Shown piece after piece: positions 28,691 to 43,352 of a DNA stretch of 64,000 nucleotides (the stretch's first letter is position 1; the number at the start of each line of letters is the position of its first letter). This stretch comes from Camelus ferus (lineage: Eukaryota): contig NC_045697.1 of NCBI RefSeq assembly GCF_009834535.1, positions 110,920,001 through 110,984,000 on the forward strand. Direction: 5' to 3'. The notes under the pieces are model-generated. The model was not told the DNA's origin. It made no database searches and saw nothing but the letters and a program-made list of their open reading frames with translations. The position numbers were made by a program, and so were the translations under genes.

Positions 28691-30163
28691 TTACCTCTTA
28701 AAGGACAAGTTAAAATGTCTTATTTACATATTTATATAAATATGCCTGCAGTCAAAATGCATGAAAGAAAAACTTTAATTATATTACATACTTTAAAAAA
28801 GCCTTAAAATATTTAAATAATTCATGTCAAAATACTATTTCTTAAAGCTTTGTGAGCAAATTTTGATGAATTTCCATACAATAGCCAACAGTGGATAGAA
28901 GTCAAGTAGACTTTGTAAGGCACAAAGTCTTTCACGTATTTAGTATTCTGCTTTGTATCATGTATTATGTATTCTGCTTTATTAGATCACTAAGAAATTC
29001 ACCATCAGAATAAAATAGACATTTTTTAAAAGTCTTATGATGTTCAAAACTCTTACTCCTGCTAAATCCCTAATCCTTTAAATCAGAATTGATATTCCCT
29101 AATATAGCCTAAATTTGTGAATATCATACTGTAGATGCAGTAAATGAAGGATAAGATAGACATGGTCTCAGATTCTGAGACAGTGGGCTACCTCCATTCC
29201 AGTTTCCCTGGGATTCACATCCAGACAACAGCATGGTTTAGAGATCAGCACAGAAAGTGAACAGGCCAACAACACAAAATGTAGTCTATTCTGCAACAAT
29301 GTCGGGTCAGTATTTACTAACTTTTCTTGGTAGCCTTTTGTAACATTTTTTCTTACTGTTTTATTTTTCCTAAATTTGCGTGATTTTGTTTTTCTTATTT
29401 ATATATGACTGCTGATATCAATATCTTACAGCTTGCACACACTTCAGAAAACAAATATTGAATGTGTGCCCCCTGTGTGTGTGTCCCTAACATGTCTATC
29501 TTTTTAATATCCTGGAGTAAAGCATCTTTGCTTTGGAAAATTAATTCTTGAAAGTAGGCACTTTTAAGTATTTTATTAATAATCAGTCAATTTAAGGGAT
29601 ATTAGGATATGAACTTTGAACAGAAGACTTTAAAAAAAAAAACCTCTAAAATCTACAAATAGTGATTAATAAATACAATACTTTAAACTAATCATGAAGC
29701 CAGAAGGCAATTCCTCTGAATGTTTCCTACATACATATCTTTGGAAGGATCAAAAATATTTTCAAGTATGTTTAATCTAATGAATCAGTTTGCCAATTTA
29801 AGTGGATTTTATTTCAGAACAAACAGCCATGATATTTTTTCATTTGATTAAAATTTATGTAGCTCCATGCTTGATAAAATCACTATAGTGTGAAGCCAAT
29901 GTACTGGAAATAAATATCAACAATCAAATAAACAACTAATATAATTTTTTAAAAAGGAGAAGCTGAAAATAAGTTGAAATATTTCAAATGTTCCAAATTA
30001 TGTTCTAAAAAACTTACATCGAAAATCAACTAACAAAATAAAAACGAATAAAGGACTCTCAGAATATATCCTTTCCATACTGTGCATCTTAATGGCAAAC
30101 TGAACTGCTGTAATATTCAGTGTACATCAAGTCAAGCGTCTGCAACTTTAAACATTGATATAC

Positions 30164-30244
30164 CAGCGCCAATTCTTCTTATCCTCTCTATAAGTTGATA
30201 GAGGGCCCCTCGTTTCTTTGACATACCATGGTCTCCAAATCCAC
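30164..30244 (-). CDS. TLL1: TLL1 exon 3 (prodomain): (G)[26 protein letters not shown](G)
   Basis: Not in the ORF track; read by hand. Acceptor tttattctttaag|, donor |gtatat; 81 nt, phase 1-1, joins exons 2 and 4 in frame. Confidence 0.93.
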
Positions 30245-33200
30245 CTTAAAGAATAAAGGAAATGGTTAAGTTAAACTCACTGTAAATTAAAGTTCTTTTA
30301 AATAAGCAATAGGAATAGGCGACATTGATTCTTCTTTGGACATCTCTTTGTATGTGGTCTTACAGGGTTAGAGTCATGAATATCCTTAAGTCTTGGAAAA
30401 GGGTTAAAAATTCTACAATAACAAATTTTAGCAACTAAAACTAGGGGGGTAGGAGAGACCCAGAGAGCAATCTAAATGACTTTATTTGGGCATCGTGGCA
30501 ATTGAGTCATCTATTGACAATTTCAAACATTTTTCTTCACTGTGACCTTGACATCGCATAGTATTGTATAGGATGACAGCAAGTTGTTCTGCCCTGTGGA
30601 GTGCGTTCCAGCTACCTCCCCAGTGTGAACTAAAAGTTTTCAGATACCAAATCGGCAAATGGGAATAAAAACATTAGAAGAGCATGCTGTATGTCAATTA
30701 CTCCTCAATGAAACTGGGGAAAAAAAGAGCAAGTGTATAGTGCAAGTTTTGCTCCAAGGCTTCGATTTCTAAAAGCATATGATGTTTTATAACATATTCA
30801 AATAAATTTTGAAAATTAGCTTCTGTAATTTATAAAAACCAATAATATCTAATTAGAAAAAAGTCACAAGGTGAGATTCCAAAGGATGTCTGGCTGCAAA
30901 ATACATTGTTACACTATGCAATTTGCAAAAATTATTTAAAAAGATGTAGAGAATTTTATAGCTCAAAAAGTAGAGGAAAGAGTGGGGATAAGAAAATGTG
31001 TCTTCTTGTAATTTTAAGAACAAAGTCATAATTAGAAAGTAGATCATTTGATGAAAATCCAACTCTTTTTAATTCTCATTCCAGGGCTTTAATAAAATGC
31101 CTCAAATTTTATCTCCTGTTTTGCATTCCCCTTGAATTTTTGATTGATTGGCAAATAATAAAGAGGTATCATTGAGCGGATAACTAATATGATCACTAAT
31201 GATGTCAGAACAAGTGGTTCATGAGCGTGTGGACACTATGGAAGAGGACCAGAAATTCACAGAAACGACGAATTGTTCCTACACTTTGAGCTATTTCCTT
31301 CCAATATCCTTTCTGCCTTTAATACTGAAACTTAATTACCTAGATTGACGCTAATGAAAAACAATAATAAAAATTATCACCATATGAGCCTCATAGGAAA
31401 AATCAATTAAGTCCTTATAAGGCAATTAAGTCAGAGTGCTTGTTCCCTAACTGATAATCTGCTTAATTATGTGCATTACACAGTCACATTTTTTCTGTGC
31501 CCCTTGAGAAAAGCTTTTGAAATTTTTTCATTGAACATTTTAGAAAGATGAGGTAATACTTAAATGTATTCATTCCTAAGTAGTTACAAGAAACATTTTT
31601 AAAGGATGGTAAAAATGGATTTGAAATGACCATTGTGTAAAAATTATATAGCAAATTAGGCCTGAAACACATATAAATAACTATAGAATGAGGCTAATCC
31701 TGAGGAAAAAAGAAATGTCTTAGTTAATATTAAGGTGATTTTAAGGATAAGAGTAATTATAGACTAGAGAAAACATTTCAAGACTATCAAAGACAATAAT
31801 GTTTTTAATAGTTTAGTAATTTTGAATAATTTTATAGCAATTGAAATAAAATTTTGTGTAGGTAGTTCATTGAAATAGAAAAAAAGAAAATTCATAGATG
31901 ATTATTTCTCACATATCCTAAAAATTCCAAAATGAAAATATACAAACCAAATAAATATTTATGGGAAAGACAACACATTTTGAAATAAAAAATATAGTCA
32001 GTTCAACACAAACTACCAAGGAAGGGAAAAGATAGAGCAGGAAAAAGCTAACTGACTACTTCTACAATGATTGAAATCCAACTGAATAGTGCAAAATACT
32101 TTGAAATACATAATATTCATATATATATATATATAATATATGTTTTTTAATGATTGATAGTGTAATCTTATTTTATGCTATTTATCTAAAATAATGGTAT
32201 TTTCTTCCAAATATTACACTTTCAGAGCTTAACTATAAATGAAATGACAAAATTATATAGTACTAAAATGTTCTAAATCACAGAAAATAAATGCCCCTAG
32301 TACAAAGAGAGGAAAATGACTTAAAGAAAAGTCTTGAATAAAGCTTGAATCTAACCAGTTTTAATAAAGACTAAAAATGGAGCATGGTAAGTCTAAGCTT
32401 TTGTTGAGTTGTATCATTACTTTGTTGTCCCAAATCCACTGTCTCTGTGTCAGTGTTAAGTGTGGTTGAAGAGTCTGTCGATAAACACATCCTACAGGAA
32501 TGTGCTGTCTGTGATTACACTGCAAAGCAGCTTTCCTCCTATATTTGGTCTCTGTTTTAGAAAAGCCTTTCATGGCTCATACTTTTCACTATAACTAAGG
32601 CTAAAGCATATTATTTTTAAGTAATGTATTATTTTAAATCACTTCCTTAAGTTCGATTATCTTAAATAAATTTCATACATGCAATAATTGTATTTTGATT
32701 ATAGACAATCATGTCTTTATCCTTAAAAAGTGCATGCTAACCTACTGAATGTTGAAAAGCTATGTTGTCTGCAATTAACCTCAAAATATTTTATACACCC
32801 TTCTGCATGTATGCGTGCACACACACACACAAAGCAAATTCAGTAAACGTAACAATCGTTGACTCTTAGAGGTGTATGGGTATTGCTTGTATTATTCTAT
32901 TAACTTTTCCACACTTTTGAAACTTATAATAAAAAGTCTTAAGTCTAAAATGTCCTTGTCTGCTAGATACCACAGAGGGATGATGTATCTTATTTTCCAC
33001 AGAATACAAGAAGAAAATAAAAATAGCATTGAGCATGAGGAGAGAGTCAATAAAAACAAAAAGCACGACACTGAATCAATGTTTCAGCTATAACAACAAA
33101 ATGAAGTTTTACATTTTTAACCTTGCAATGTTCCTCAAATAAAATACAGACTAAAAAGTTGTATCAAAATAATATGAATCTTTTTTTTTAAATTTTAATT

Positions 33201-33444
33201 AAACTATTTAAAAATGAGAACCCAAATAATTTTTTAAATATTACAAATCTCATATAGGCATAATTCAAACATGTTCAAACAGTTAAATTGAAATTATCTT
33301 CCAGGTTTTCATAAAAATTATAAAGCTAGATCAATTTCTCTAATAAGCTTGTGTGTAATCACTCTAAGAATAATTTATGTTTTGTAACTCAGTATCCAAA
33401 TAGAAGGCAACTGAATATAATGCTCAAGAGGATGAAATTTGACA

Positions 33445-33670
33445 TTTCTAAGAACTGAATTTTGGTCCTCACTCAGCCATTTCCTGGCTACGTGACAATG
33501 AGAAAACTATATAACCTTGTAAATCTCCTCACTTGTAAATCACAATAATATTAGCAGCTACCCTCATGGGGTCATTATGAGGATACAAAGAGTTAATGCT
33601 TGCAAAGTACTTAAACCAAGCCTGGTATGAGGTAAATACATTGTTATATACATCAATTAATAATATTAAA
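33445..33670 (+). mobile_element. MIR SINE
   Basis: ctcagccatttcctggctacgtgac...ctcctcacttgtaaat...ctaccctcatggggtcattatgaggatacaaagagttaatgcttgcaaagtactta. Confidence 0.75.
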
Positions 33671-33723
33671 ACTATGAACAAAACCTAAATTTCTAAATAG
33701 GCTCATCCATATCAAGGGAATCA

Positions 33724-33945
<222 letters not shown>

Positions 33946-35839
33946 TTAAAATGTAAATTATTTAAGAACAAAAATCAAGGCAAACAAGCTAACAAGAAAA
34001 GTATTGCAAAAATATGGAAATGTGGTCCTTACAGATATAGATGTATTTCAGAAAGTAAGGGTAACCAAACATACTGGACCTCTTACAATGTAATATGAGC
34101 CACCTGTGAAAGGATGTGACCTACGTTTTTCACTTTGATGTTTGAGGGCAGGAGGAGAAAGTCATTTCTTTGAATGGAAGGGTCTCTGATTTGTGGAGGA
34201 TCCTAAGGAAAGAGAATTCAGCAATCATGGCTAATTTGAAAATAAGTCAGAATCTGATAGGAATGCCTGAATTCACAGTGCATACCCGTGATCAGCAGCA
34301 GGTCAGGAAAGAGAGGTAGAATTAACCTCTAAACCATGTGCTATTACAACTTCATAAAGTGCAATTAAGACAAAAGACTATTGTGCTGTTACAGCAACTC
34401 ATTCATTACATTTTTATACAGTTATAATACACTTTCTCTAAAGACCACATTGGCTTGGACTCTCTATAAAATGTATAAATAACTAGCAAAAGTAATATTT
34501 AAGTCAACATTTTTTTAGGCAATGACTAGATGCTGGACTTTGATCTTTGATGACAAATAAGACATTGTCCTTATTTTCAGGAGCTTCAAAACCATTACCC
34601 TCATCCTGGAAACACTCTGATTCTATCTTTTATAACCAGAAAATTTATGCTACTTAAAGTAAAGCTCTACGAACCACTGCGAATTTATTTAAAGCCAGTA
34701 TGTGAATTCTCTACTAAGGTCAGAAATATACATTTGCATAACAAAAAAATGGCCTCCTTGTTTATTTGAGTCTAAAAGTAGATTAATCAATCCCTTTGTA
34801 CTGCCAGAAGTCAAAATATAATAACTCTAGGAAACATAACAAACTTAAGAGAATAAATTAATCATGAAATAGTAAAACATTGACAAATGCTTTGGAAATT
34901 CTGGGATATTTGTTTCTTGATACAGGTTACAAATTTTCTTTTTTTAAAATTTTTCTTCAGATTTTTCTTCTGCAAAACCAAAAAGGCGAGGAGGAACTTA
35001 TATTAGAAATGTAGAAAATGACAAAACCCATGCTTTTCAAATCACTCTCTTTTACTAAATCCAAATCTTAATATGTATGAATTTTCACTAAAAAAAAACT
35101 AATAAAGTTAGTTAATTTAAAAACTTTAAACTCCAGTCTTGAAAGCTATCCAATGCTTTAGGATTTGAGCAAAGGTTTATCAAATAAAATTGTATACTTG
35201 GTTTAGTTCATGTATACAAAACTGATATAAGGAGTTTATTTATGAGTAAACCTAGAAAGGAAAAAAATAGGAATTAGCTTAAGGTGAGTTATCAGTTTTT
35301 CATATGAAAAAATAGTCGTTAGAATTCTCGCATTAACCCTCCCTTCTGCCCCACTCTCAGTGAAAGGGCGGTCTGCAGAAGGAGAGCGATGCTCACCATC
35401 TTTCACTATCACAGAGACCAAGTGCGATGGGTCCACAGAGCAGCTTACAGTGCTGGCTAAGGTGGTGGTCTTGATGCCTTAAATTGAATCCAGATTCTAA
35501 CCAACTTCATACGCACGCAGCAGAAACTGCTCCATATCCACCCTCCCGAAAGCCAGACGCCCTAAGAAAATAGATGGCCTACCTAAATAAAATATTTTGC
35601 AATTATATAAAAGGCTTGATTAGTTCTTATAAAAACAAATTTTGCACTGTCTTATTTTATTCAAGATTTTTCACTACGCTAAGCAAAAATCAGTTTACTA
35701 GTTATTTAAATCTTCCATCGTGAGTATTTACTATGCAAATCATTGTATAGTAACTCAGTGACTCTCACTCTGGCTCTTCCTCCCCTAGTGCTGGGGGAAA
35801 ACTAGGGACAATGGATAAGTGCTTCTATAACATTTATTT

Positions 35840-35932
35840 GCCCAGGAATCATAGTGAACCTGGTTAAAATGCAGGTTCTGATTTACTAGGCCTGGGGAGA
35901 TGCCTCAGATCTCCATTTTTAACAAGCTCTCA
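35840..35932. mobile_element. MER5-like hAT-Charlie fragment
   Basis: gaatca...ctggttaaaatgcaggttctgatt...ggcctgggg...ctccatttttaacaagctc. Confidence 0.65.
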
Positions 35933-36304
35933 ATACTACAAATAATTAGCATTGTCATTATCGTTATTAGCATTACATCTTTTCTGCAAGAATAAATTTT
36001 ACTCTTCTCTGAATCAGCTAGTTGATTTGAAAGCTTAGCACTCAACCAAATAGAATGCAGTTTTCAGTACTACCTTTATATAATAAAAGCAGTAAGATAA
36101 AACTCAAATGTGTTTTAGATTTTTATTTTCTTGTAGTGACTTTTTACGTGGAATATGGTTGATGTCTTGATGGGTTATTTCAAACAAAGGTCAGGAGTCT
36201 AAGTTGATAAAACACTTCACAGAAGGAAAACATTACTCCTGACCAGATAATTCTCAACAGGAGACAAAACTGCTCTGAAGCACACAAGCCTGCTTTTTAT
36301 TTAA

Positions 36305-36305
<1 letters not shown>

Positions 36306-36350
<45 letters not shown>
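36306..36350. repeat. (ATT)15 microsatellite
   Basis: Perfect trinucleotide run forming the SINE tail. Confidence 0.95.
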
Positions 36351-36470
36351 TTGGTGGGGAGGAGGTAATTAGATTTATTTATTTATTTACTTTAATGGAG
36401 GTAGTGGGGATTGAACCCAGGACCTCGCATATGCTAGGCAGGTACTCTACGCCTGAGCTATACCCTCCCC
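36306..36470 (-). mobile_element. tRNA-derived SINE (camelid Vic-1-like) with (AAT)n tail
   Basis: Minus strand GGGGAGGGTATAGCTCAGGCGTAGAG...GAGGTCCTGGGTTCAATCCCCACTACCTCCATTAAA...CTAATTACCTCC; B box GGTTCAATCCC intact. Confidence 0.9.
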
Positions 36471-37509
36471 TAACTGTTATATTTTTTTTTCTGAGCTAAT
36501 AACTTCAGTCGTAGCTTTGTGGTTCTGAATATACAATGAATTGTTTCAGGAGAAAACAAATATTTCTTTAAGAAGAAGCGATAGTGAGTGACTAAGCCAA
36601 TTCATTTATGTGCAGACTTCATATACTGCAGGCTTTGTATATCTTTAAATATTGATACTATTAGCAACAAAAATGGACATCTTAGAATTTTCAACCTATC
36701 ACATAGTTTAAAATGTGCAATTTCTTTTCTTTTCTTTTTTTCTTTTTTTTTTTGCACACATTTGAAGGTTTCCTTAACTCATCTCCTACTTAAGTTAAAG
36801 TATTTTATTCCTGCATGCGAAAAGCTTTACTTATGCATTGGCATAGCAAGCTGGATCATGACAATTTATATTAATATGGATTTAGAATTTGCATTCCAAT
36901 CAAACATATGTTTTTAATATAGACTCCAAGATATTTATAATTCTCAAATCCACTTTGGAGCTTTTTGCTTTTCTTTCTATATGGTATTTTAAAATTTATT
37001 TTATACCAAAAGAACAAAAATTACAGAGAAATAGTTTTAGAAGTATGAATTACCAGTCATTAGCCTCATTCAATGCAGCAATATGAGTTTAGTGATATCA
37101 GAACTGACAGCAGTATAAGAAACTGGTTATACACGACAATACTAGGGAAATGCTCACTGCAATTAGAATATTTACTGTCTGTTTGGAATTCTGCTCAGAT
37201 TCCTATGGTCAAAAAATGGGGTTGGAGCTAACCGATAGGCCAAAATAAAATGTCAAAAAGAACAATTTTCAAATTACATGGAAAACCACAAGTTTTGTTT
37301 TTTGCCTAGAGGCTATTTGCATTCACTGTACTACAAAAAAAAAAAAAAAAAAAAAAGATTAATCAGAGACCAAAAAATGGCAGAGTACTTTTCTGTAGTA
37401 GACAGAGCAAACATATTCTGTAAAAGAATCTATGGTTAAAATACGACTCGCTACGTTCTAACTTTAAATAATGTCTCTTCCACCCAATTTCTGATTCCCC
37501 AGTAATCTT

Positions 37510-37690
37510 TAGTCCTTCAGTTCTGAAGCTAGGGTCCATGGACCAGCTTTAAAGAAACTTCATGTCTGTGATTTTCTAAAAGTTGTACGCAAAAAGTATG
37601 TATGGGTTTATAAACAGTCACCACATGTTTTTCAGGGAAGAGGTCCACAGTGGATTGTCAGAGGGATCACACACAATAAAGAACCACTAC
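37510..37690. mobile_element. Probable hAT-Charlie-type MITE relic
   Basis: agttctgaagctagggtccatggacc ... gaggtccacag...gggatcac...aagaaccact resembles the ends of small Charlie elements; family not identified. Confidence 0.4.
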
Positions 37691-39053
37691 TTTTGCCAAA
37701 AGCAAAGCTTTTCAGTGCACTCCGAAGAAAACATTTGCAAACTTAATATCCTCAAGAAAATAAATACATTTTCTTGAGAGCTGATCACTACTTGGGAATA
37801 CGCTGTACTAGACAAGACGGTTGAGTCTCCTCAGGCATTACTTACAGAACATCCTTCCAGAAACCCCCTCTCCCCAACTAACCCCATCAGGTGGCTCATC
37901 TGCCAAACACAGGATTTCATAACATGTTTTCAATTGTCTGATTCCTCAACCTAATTTTGAAAATACTGACCACAGGAAGCATGTGTTGCTCATCTTTAAA
38001 CACTCACTGCCAGAGTGCCCAACATAAAGGAGGTCCTCAGTATACATTTTGAGGCACAAAAAATGTGAATGAATAAATGGATAGAGGTATAGTTGTTTAT
38101 AACATGAATGAGGCTAGGCATGCCACATACTTCACAAATCTGCCTGAAGACCCTAATTATTCAACCATTGCAAAGAATATTTCAAACCCTTTCAATCTAG
38201 AGTGAATTACTGTTACATACTTTTAAAAAAATTAAGAGGCAGCTGCCTTTCTTTTTTATTTCAATAGTAAATATTATTAAGTGTAGATATGGGAATTGAA
38301 TCCTCTTTTTTCTTTTCTGAGCACGATTCTGATATGCTCAAGAAATGCATGACTGAACTAACAGATTGGTTATCTTGAGATTTATGGGATTTGGAGGGAT
38401 CGTTTAAAGATTCCCCAATAGTCAAGAGGACTTGCTTATTATACATTTTCCAAATACAGTTTAAACCTTATGTTGTTATTGACAGAGGATTTAGGGAGGA
38501 AGAATGATGTCATGTGAAAGCCTGACAAAGCTGCATTGGCTGCTCTAGGCTACAATAAAAGTGAAAATTCCCTCAGACAAGGGAAATAGTAGGAGGCTTG
38601 AAAGTCTACTGTTTTTACATTACTGACAACCGCTAAGCAAATTCCCAAGGAAAAGTAAGATTTGGCAAAAGTTCTAATATATACATTTTGGAGATAATGT
38701 TATATTACTTAAAAGAGAAAATAATATTCTCGTGGCATTTCATATGCACAGAATAAATTTCCCCCCCAAAATGACAAGCATGAAAGTTAAGTTCCAAGTT
38801 TGGGAAACAATTATCTAACATTTTAAAAGCTCTTGATACGATACAAAAATAAAGATATATTTTTATATACATTCTCAGAAATGATCTTTGAAAAAAATAA
38901 GAATAAGAATTTTTTCATGTAGTACATTTCTCTCTTAAGTTTCTAACAACAAGAAAATATTGGTAGCCCAATTATTTTAGTGGTTGTTCATAAAAAAGCA
39001 TCATATGCAAAGTTTTATTTAAAATATTTTATAGGATTTTTCTCAAGATCTGC

Positions 39054-39178
39054 TTTTTCTTTTTTTTTTCTTTTATCTTTTTTAAAATTGAAGTATAGTT
39101 AATTTACAATGTTGTGTTAGGTTCTGGTGTACAGCATAGTGATTCAGTTATACATATGTATACATATTTCCATTTTCA
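39054..39178 (-). mobile_element. Very short L1 3' end with poly(A)-derived tail
   Basis: T-run then aattgaagtatagttaatttacaatgttgtgttag.ttctggtgtacagcatagtgattcagttatacat; same family as 26025-26100. Confidence 0.85.
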
Positions 39179-41694
39179 CTTCTACTGTAGATCTCACATA
39201 AATTGAACAAAGTCATCCAATCTGCAAAAAGCATGCATAGAATGAAGCACAAATGATGAGTTAAATAAAAAGGTTTATTCATCCTTCCCTGATAAGCTAC
39301 ATTGAAAGGTGCTCATAGGTAACATGACTGTCATCTGCCACATTAAAACAAGATGCCTTTAATATACCAAGGACAAGTTTTTTTTTTTTGGAAGGAGAAG
39401 GTGTGGCACAATATAAAAACCTAACTGTTTGGATCATTATTTAAAAAAAAAAACCGTCCTAACATATTCCAAATTTAGAGGTCCCTTCAAAGAACAAAGA
39501 ACTGCTGCTAGTATTGAACACAGGCTTCTTTGATTATTTCTTGAGTCAGGACACAAAATATAATCTCAGTACAAAAATCAAATATTCAATCTTAAATGCA
39601 AAGCAAATAAATATGTGCATATACATATACACCATGCAAGCATTATTATTCCAGAATATGGAGACATTTGATGATAAAGTCACTTTTCATGATATTAATG
39701 AGTTTCAAGATGAATGTAAATTGATCGATAGATTCTGAACACAACAGGGGCAGCAATTTTTCTCTATTTTAATGCTATTTTACATTTTGGATTTGAGAAA
39801 ATACTAAATTTTCAAATAGTTGTATCTTTGTTTGGAAGTCAGTCCATCAAAGTACCATATCAATCTGTGTTTATAGCCCACAGTGCCCATGGATAGGGTT
39901 TTTCGGGACATTTTTAAAATGTCACAAAAGAAAGAAAGTCACTTGCAACACAAATACTCATTTTGAACTCTTTGACTCAAAAGAGAAAACACTGACTAAA
40001 AATATATTGATAAAGAAATATAAAAATAAATATTTAAACTTATTTTCTGTATGGCCTAATAATTTCCATCACAAGCTTTAAAAAACAGATTATTGTAGTT
40101 CATAAGATTTTAAAAACTGCTGTTCTTATACTGCTCAAATAATGAATATATCTACCACTACCAAGATTTGGTTTATTTATATTCCTCATATCCTGCATCT
40201 TGTAACAGTAAGCCAACACCTATTTTTTCTTCCCTTAGGCTTGTAATTGTCTACATTTGTGGCCATTGTAGAAGTCACCTCAATAATTCTTTTTAAGTTA
40301 ATTTAAAAATTTAGATTAAATTGGCTTATATTCTAAATATTAGCATTAGCCCTTGAAGTAATTCTTGATGCGTTCCTGGAAGTAAGACCGTTCATGAGAA
40401 TTTGCTATTTTCTGTATTCTAGCTATGTTTTATCCACTATCTGGTCACCTTTTCACAAAAACAGAAGAATCTTTTTTTTTTTTTTCCTCACTTTTTTCCA
40501 TTTGTATTGAGTCTACTGTTATGATAGATTAAGAGAGAAAATGTTGCATTCCAACTTTTCTGGCTATTCACCTTTGTAAAAGGCTTCCTCCAAGGCACAA
40601 GTCAAAGATTATATTATTTTCTCTTGGTTAATACATGCCACTGCACAGTTCTCAAGTCAACACATGCTCAGTGAAATAACCATTACAAAATTTAAAAACT
40701 CACTGACATCCTGAAAACTTGACCCCACATACTGAGTTCTATTTCTCCTCTTCATAGTCTCAGAGACCTTCAACAACTGGAAGGATAATTAGGGAGAACT
40801 TTCACACCAAAACAAGTAAAAAATTGAAAGATCTTTGAAATATCCTTAGTCAGTATTATTTTCAACACTGTAAAAATTCCATAAAGCGTCAGCAACTTAT
40901 GTTGATATTAAATGTATGATGCTTGATGTTAATAAAGTATCCTCATCAACATTATCCCAGTTGAGCCTTAGAAAATTCTAGGATATAGATTCATACTACT
41001 AACCTGTTGACAGAATTTGCTTTTTAAAAAACTTAGCATCTCTTACTGCCCGTCACATTATACTATCTCCCTTTACTTGATTTGGCAGTTGATTGGCACC
41101 AACTTTTTAGATCAGTTTTTAGAGATAAAAGATTCTTAGTTAGAAACACTGTCCATCTAAGAATTTCAATTTAGGTAATGCTGGTGACCCATCTGAATCA
41201 CATAAGGATCTCACACTGCAAATGAAGGGACAGGTGACTCTTTTCCTTTTGGATCTGGAGAAACAAAAATGGCCTGCATTGGCATATGGGGATGATACAC
41301 TTCACTGACAAATAGAAGTGACCTACAAAAGAGGTAGCACTACTGCTAAAGAAAAATAACATGAATCATAGTTTGCATACTGGAAGGGAAAAAAAAGACT
41401 CTGCTTATTATCTAGTTACAGTAGTGTTAATATTTATTGAATAATCTGCCAGTAATGTTTCAAGATTTGTTTTAGATAATAAATTAGAAGGAAACAGATG
41501 ATAAAATAAAGACATATTAGATAAATAAAATCTTTATAAATATCAGAAAATCATTATTTAAATTTAAATATTTAGAACTGACATAAGTCTTAGCTAATAG
41601 ATATAAATTGGAAAACTGATCATTAAATCCTCCAATTTCTTGTAACCTTACTGACGAGTCTTCCACCTGAAGACAAGGCAAGAATCCCATTGAA

Positions 41695-42484
41695 ATGGCC
41701 ATCATTCAAAAATCCACAAATGGCAAATGCTGGAGAGGCTGTGGAGAAAGGGCAACCCTCCTACACTGCTGGTGGGAATGCAGTTTGGTGCAGCCACTGT
41801 GGAAAACAGTATGGAGATTCCTCAAAAGACTAGGAATAGACTTACCGTATGACCCAGGAATCCCACACCTGGGCATATATCCAGAAGGAACCCTACTTCA
41901 AAATGACACCTGCACCCCAATGTTCATAGCAGCACTATTTACAATAGCCAAGACATGGAGACAGCCTAAATGCCCATCAACAGATTACTGGATAAAGAAG
42001 ATGTGGTATATTTATACAATGGAATACTACTCAGCCATAAAAACTGACAACATAACGCCATTTGCAGCAACATGGATGCTCCTGGAGAATGTCATTCTAA
42101 GTGAAGTAAGCCAGAAAGAGAAAGAAAAAGACCATATGAGATTGCTCATATGTGGAATCTAAAAAAACAAAAACAAAAACAAAAAAACAAAGCATAAATA
42201 CAAAACAGAAACAGACTCATAGATATAGAATACAAACTTGTGGTTGCCAAGGGGGCAGAGGGTGGGAAGGGATAGATGGGATTTCAAAATTGTAGAATAG
42301 ATAAACAAAATTATATTGTATAGCACAGGGAAATATACACAAGATCTCATGGTAGCTCACAGAGAAAAAAATGTGACAATGAATATATATATGTTCATGT
42401 ATAACTGAAAAATTGTGCTCTACACTGGAATTTGACACAACATTGTAAAATGATTATAAGTCAATAAAAAAATGTTTAAAAAAA
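41695..42484 (+). mobile_element. Young 5'-truncated L1: uninterrupted ORF2 C-terminal 155 codons, 3'UTR, poly(A), TSD
   Basis: ORF 41695-42162 ([18 protein letters not shown] zinc knuckle; TPMFIAALFTIAKTW; YTMEYYSAIK) has no stops. TSD aatcccattgaa at 41683-41694 and 42485-42496. Confidence 0.96.
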
Positions 42485-43352
42485 AATCCCATTGAATTTT
42501 AAACTATGACTGTTGCCTGGTCTCTTTGTGCCGAGGGACTAGCAGGCAAGATAAGGAATCCATCCTAAAAGGATAATTGACCCTGATTATCAGAGGAATT
42601 GGGGCTGCTGTTACACATCTGGCAATGGAGAAATACATTTGGCAGCAGTTAATTCCCTTGGAAAACTCATGATATTTTCTTGACCAATTTTTTAATGTAA
42701 ATGCAACAGCCACAGCCTGAGAAGTTAAGTGGTGGTCTGGAGCCCTCAGGGATGTAGGTGTAGGGAAAACCCACTAGATAAGCCACCCAGAGTTGCCAAG
42801 AATGTAAAACTACCAACCCATAGACTGAGACCTTGGGAAAAAAAACTTATGAATTTACATCTGTTGCATGTGGTAGATACTGGATTACTAATAAACCAAT
42901 TCAATTTTATATACAATATTTATTCTTTAACAGAATAACTATAATTACTTAGTATGTTAGTTTCATTTTTAAGAGGCATACTCTAGTGTAAGAAGTTTGA
43001 ATAGGTAAAAAAGCAAAAGTAAATAGTCTCAAAATCTAGTTACACATGGTCAAAACAATAATGTCTATTTTAAATGCTAACATTCTTGCATTTCCTATTT
43101 AAAAAAACTGAACCCAACCTCCTTCTAAAGTTTTCATTTACCAAAGGAGAATAAGATTGAGTATGAAAAGTAATAGTCTCAAATATACCTTAAATGTCTC
43201 AAATAATCCATCTGCTTAAGACTATTATATTTGGTCATTCATATATCAGTTACTGGAGAATCCAAAGTAGTGAATTCCCATTGTGTAATTTCCAAAATCT
43301 TTATGAAAGTGTATGCTTGTATTCCCTCTTTCATACACTTAGAAGTCAAAAA

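Noticed and set aside
36395..36470. tRNA gene (also 21340-21413)
   Set aside because: The tRNA-like head with A/B boxes runs into a shared non-tRNA tail and A-rich end, which defines a SINE.
37335..37356. Poly(A) run as the tail of a retrocopy (also 54011-54040)
   Set aside because: No recognisable upstream element or TSD.
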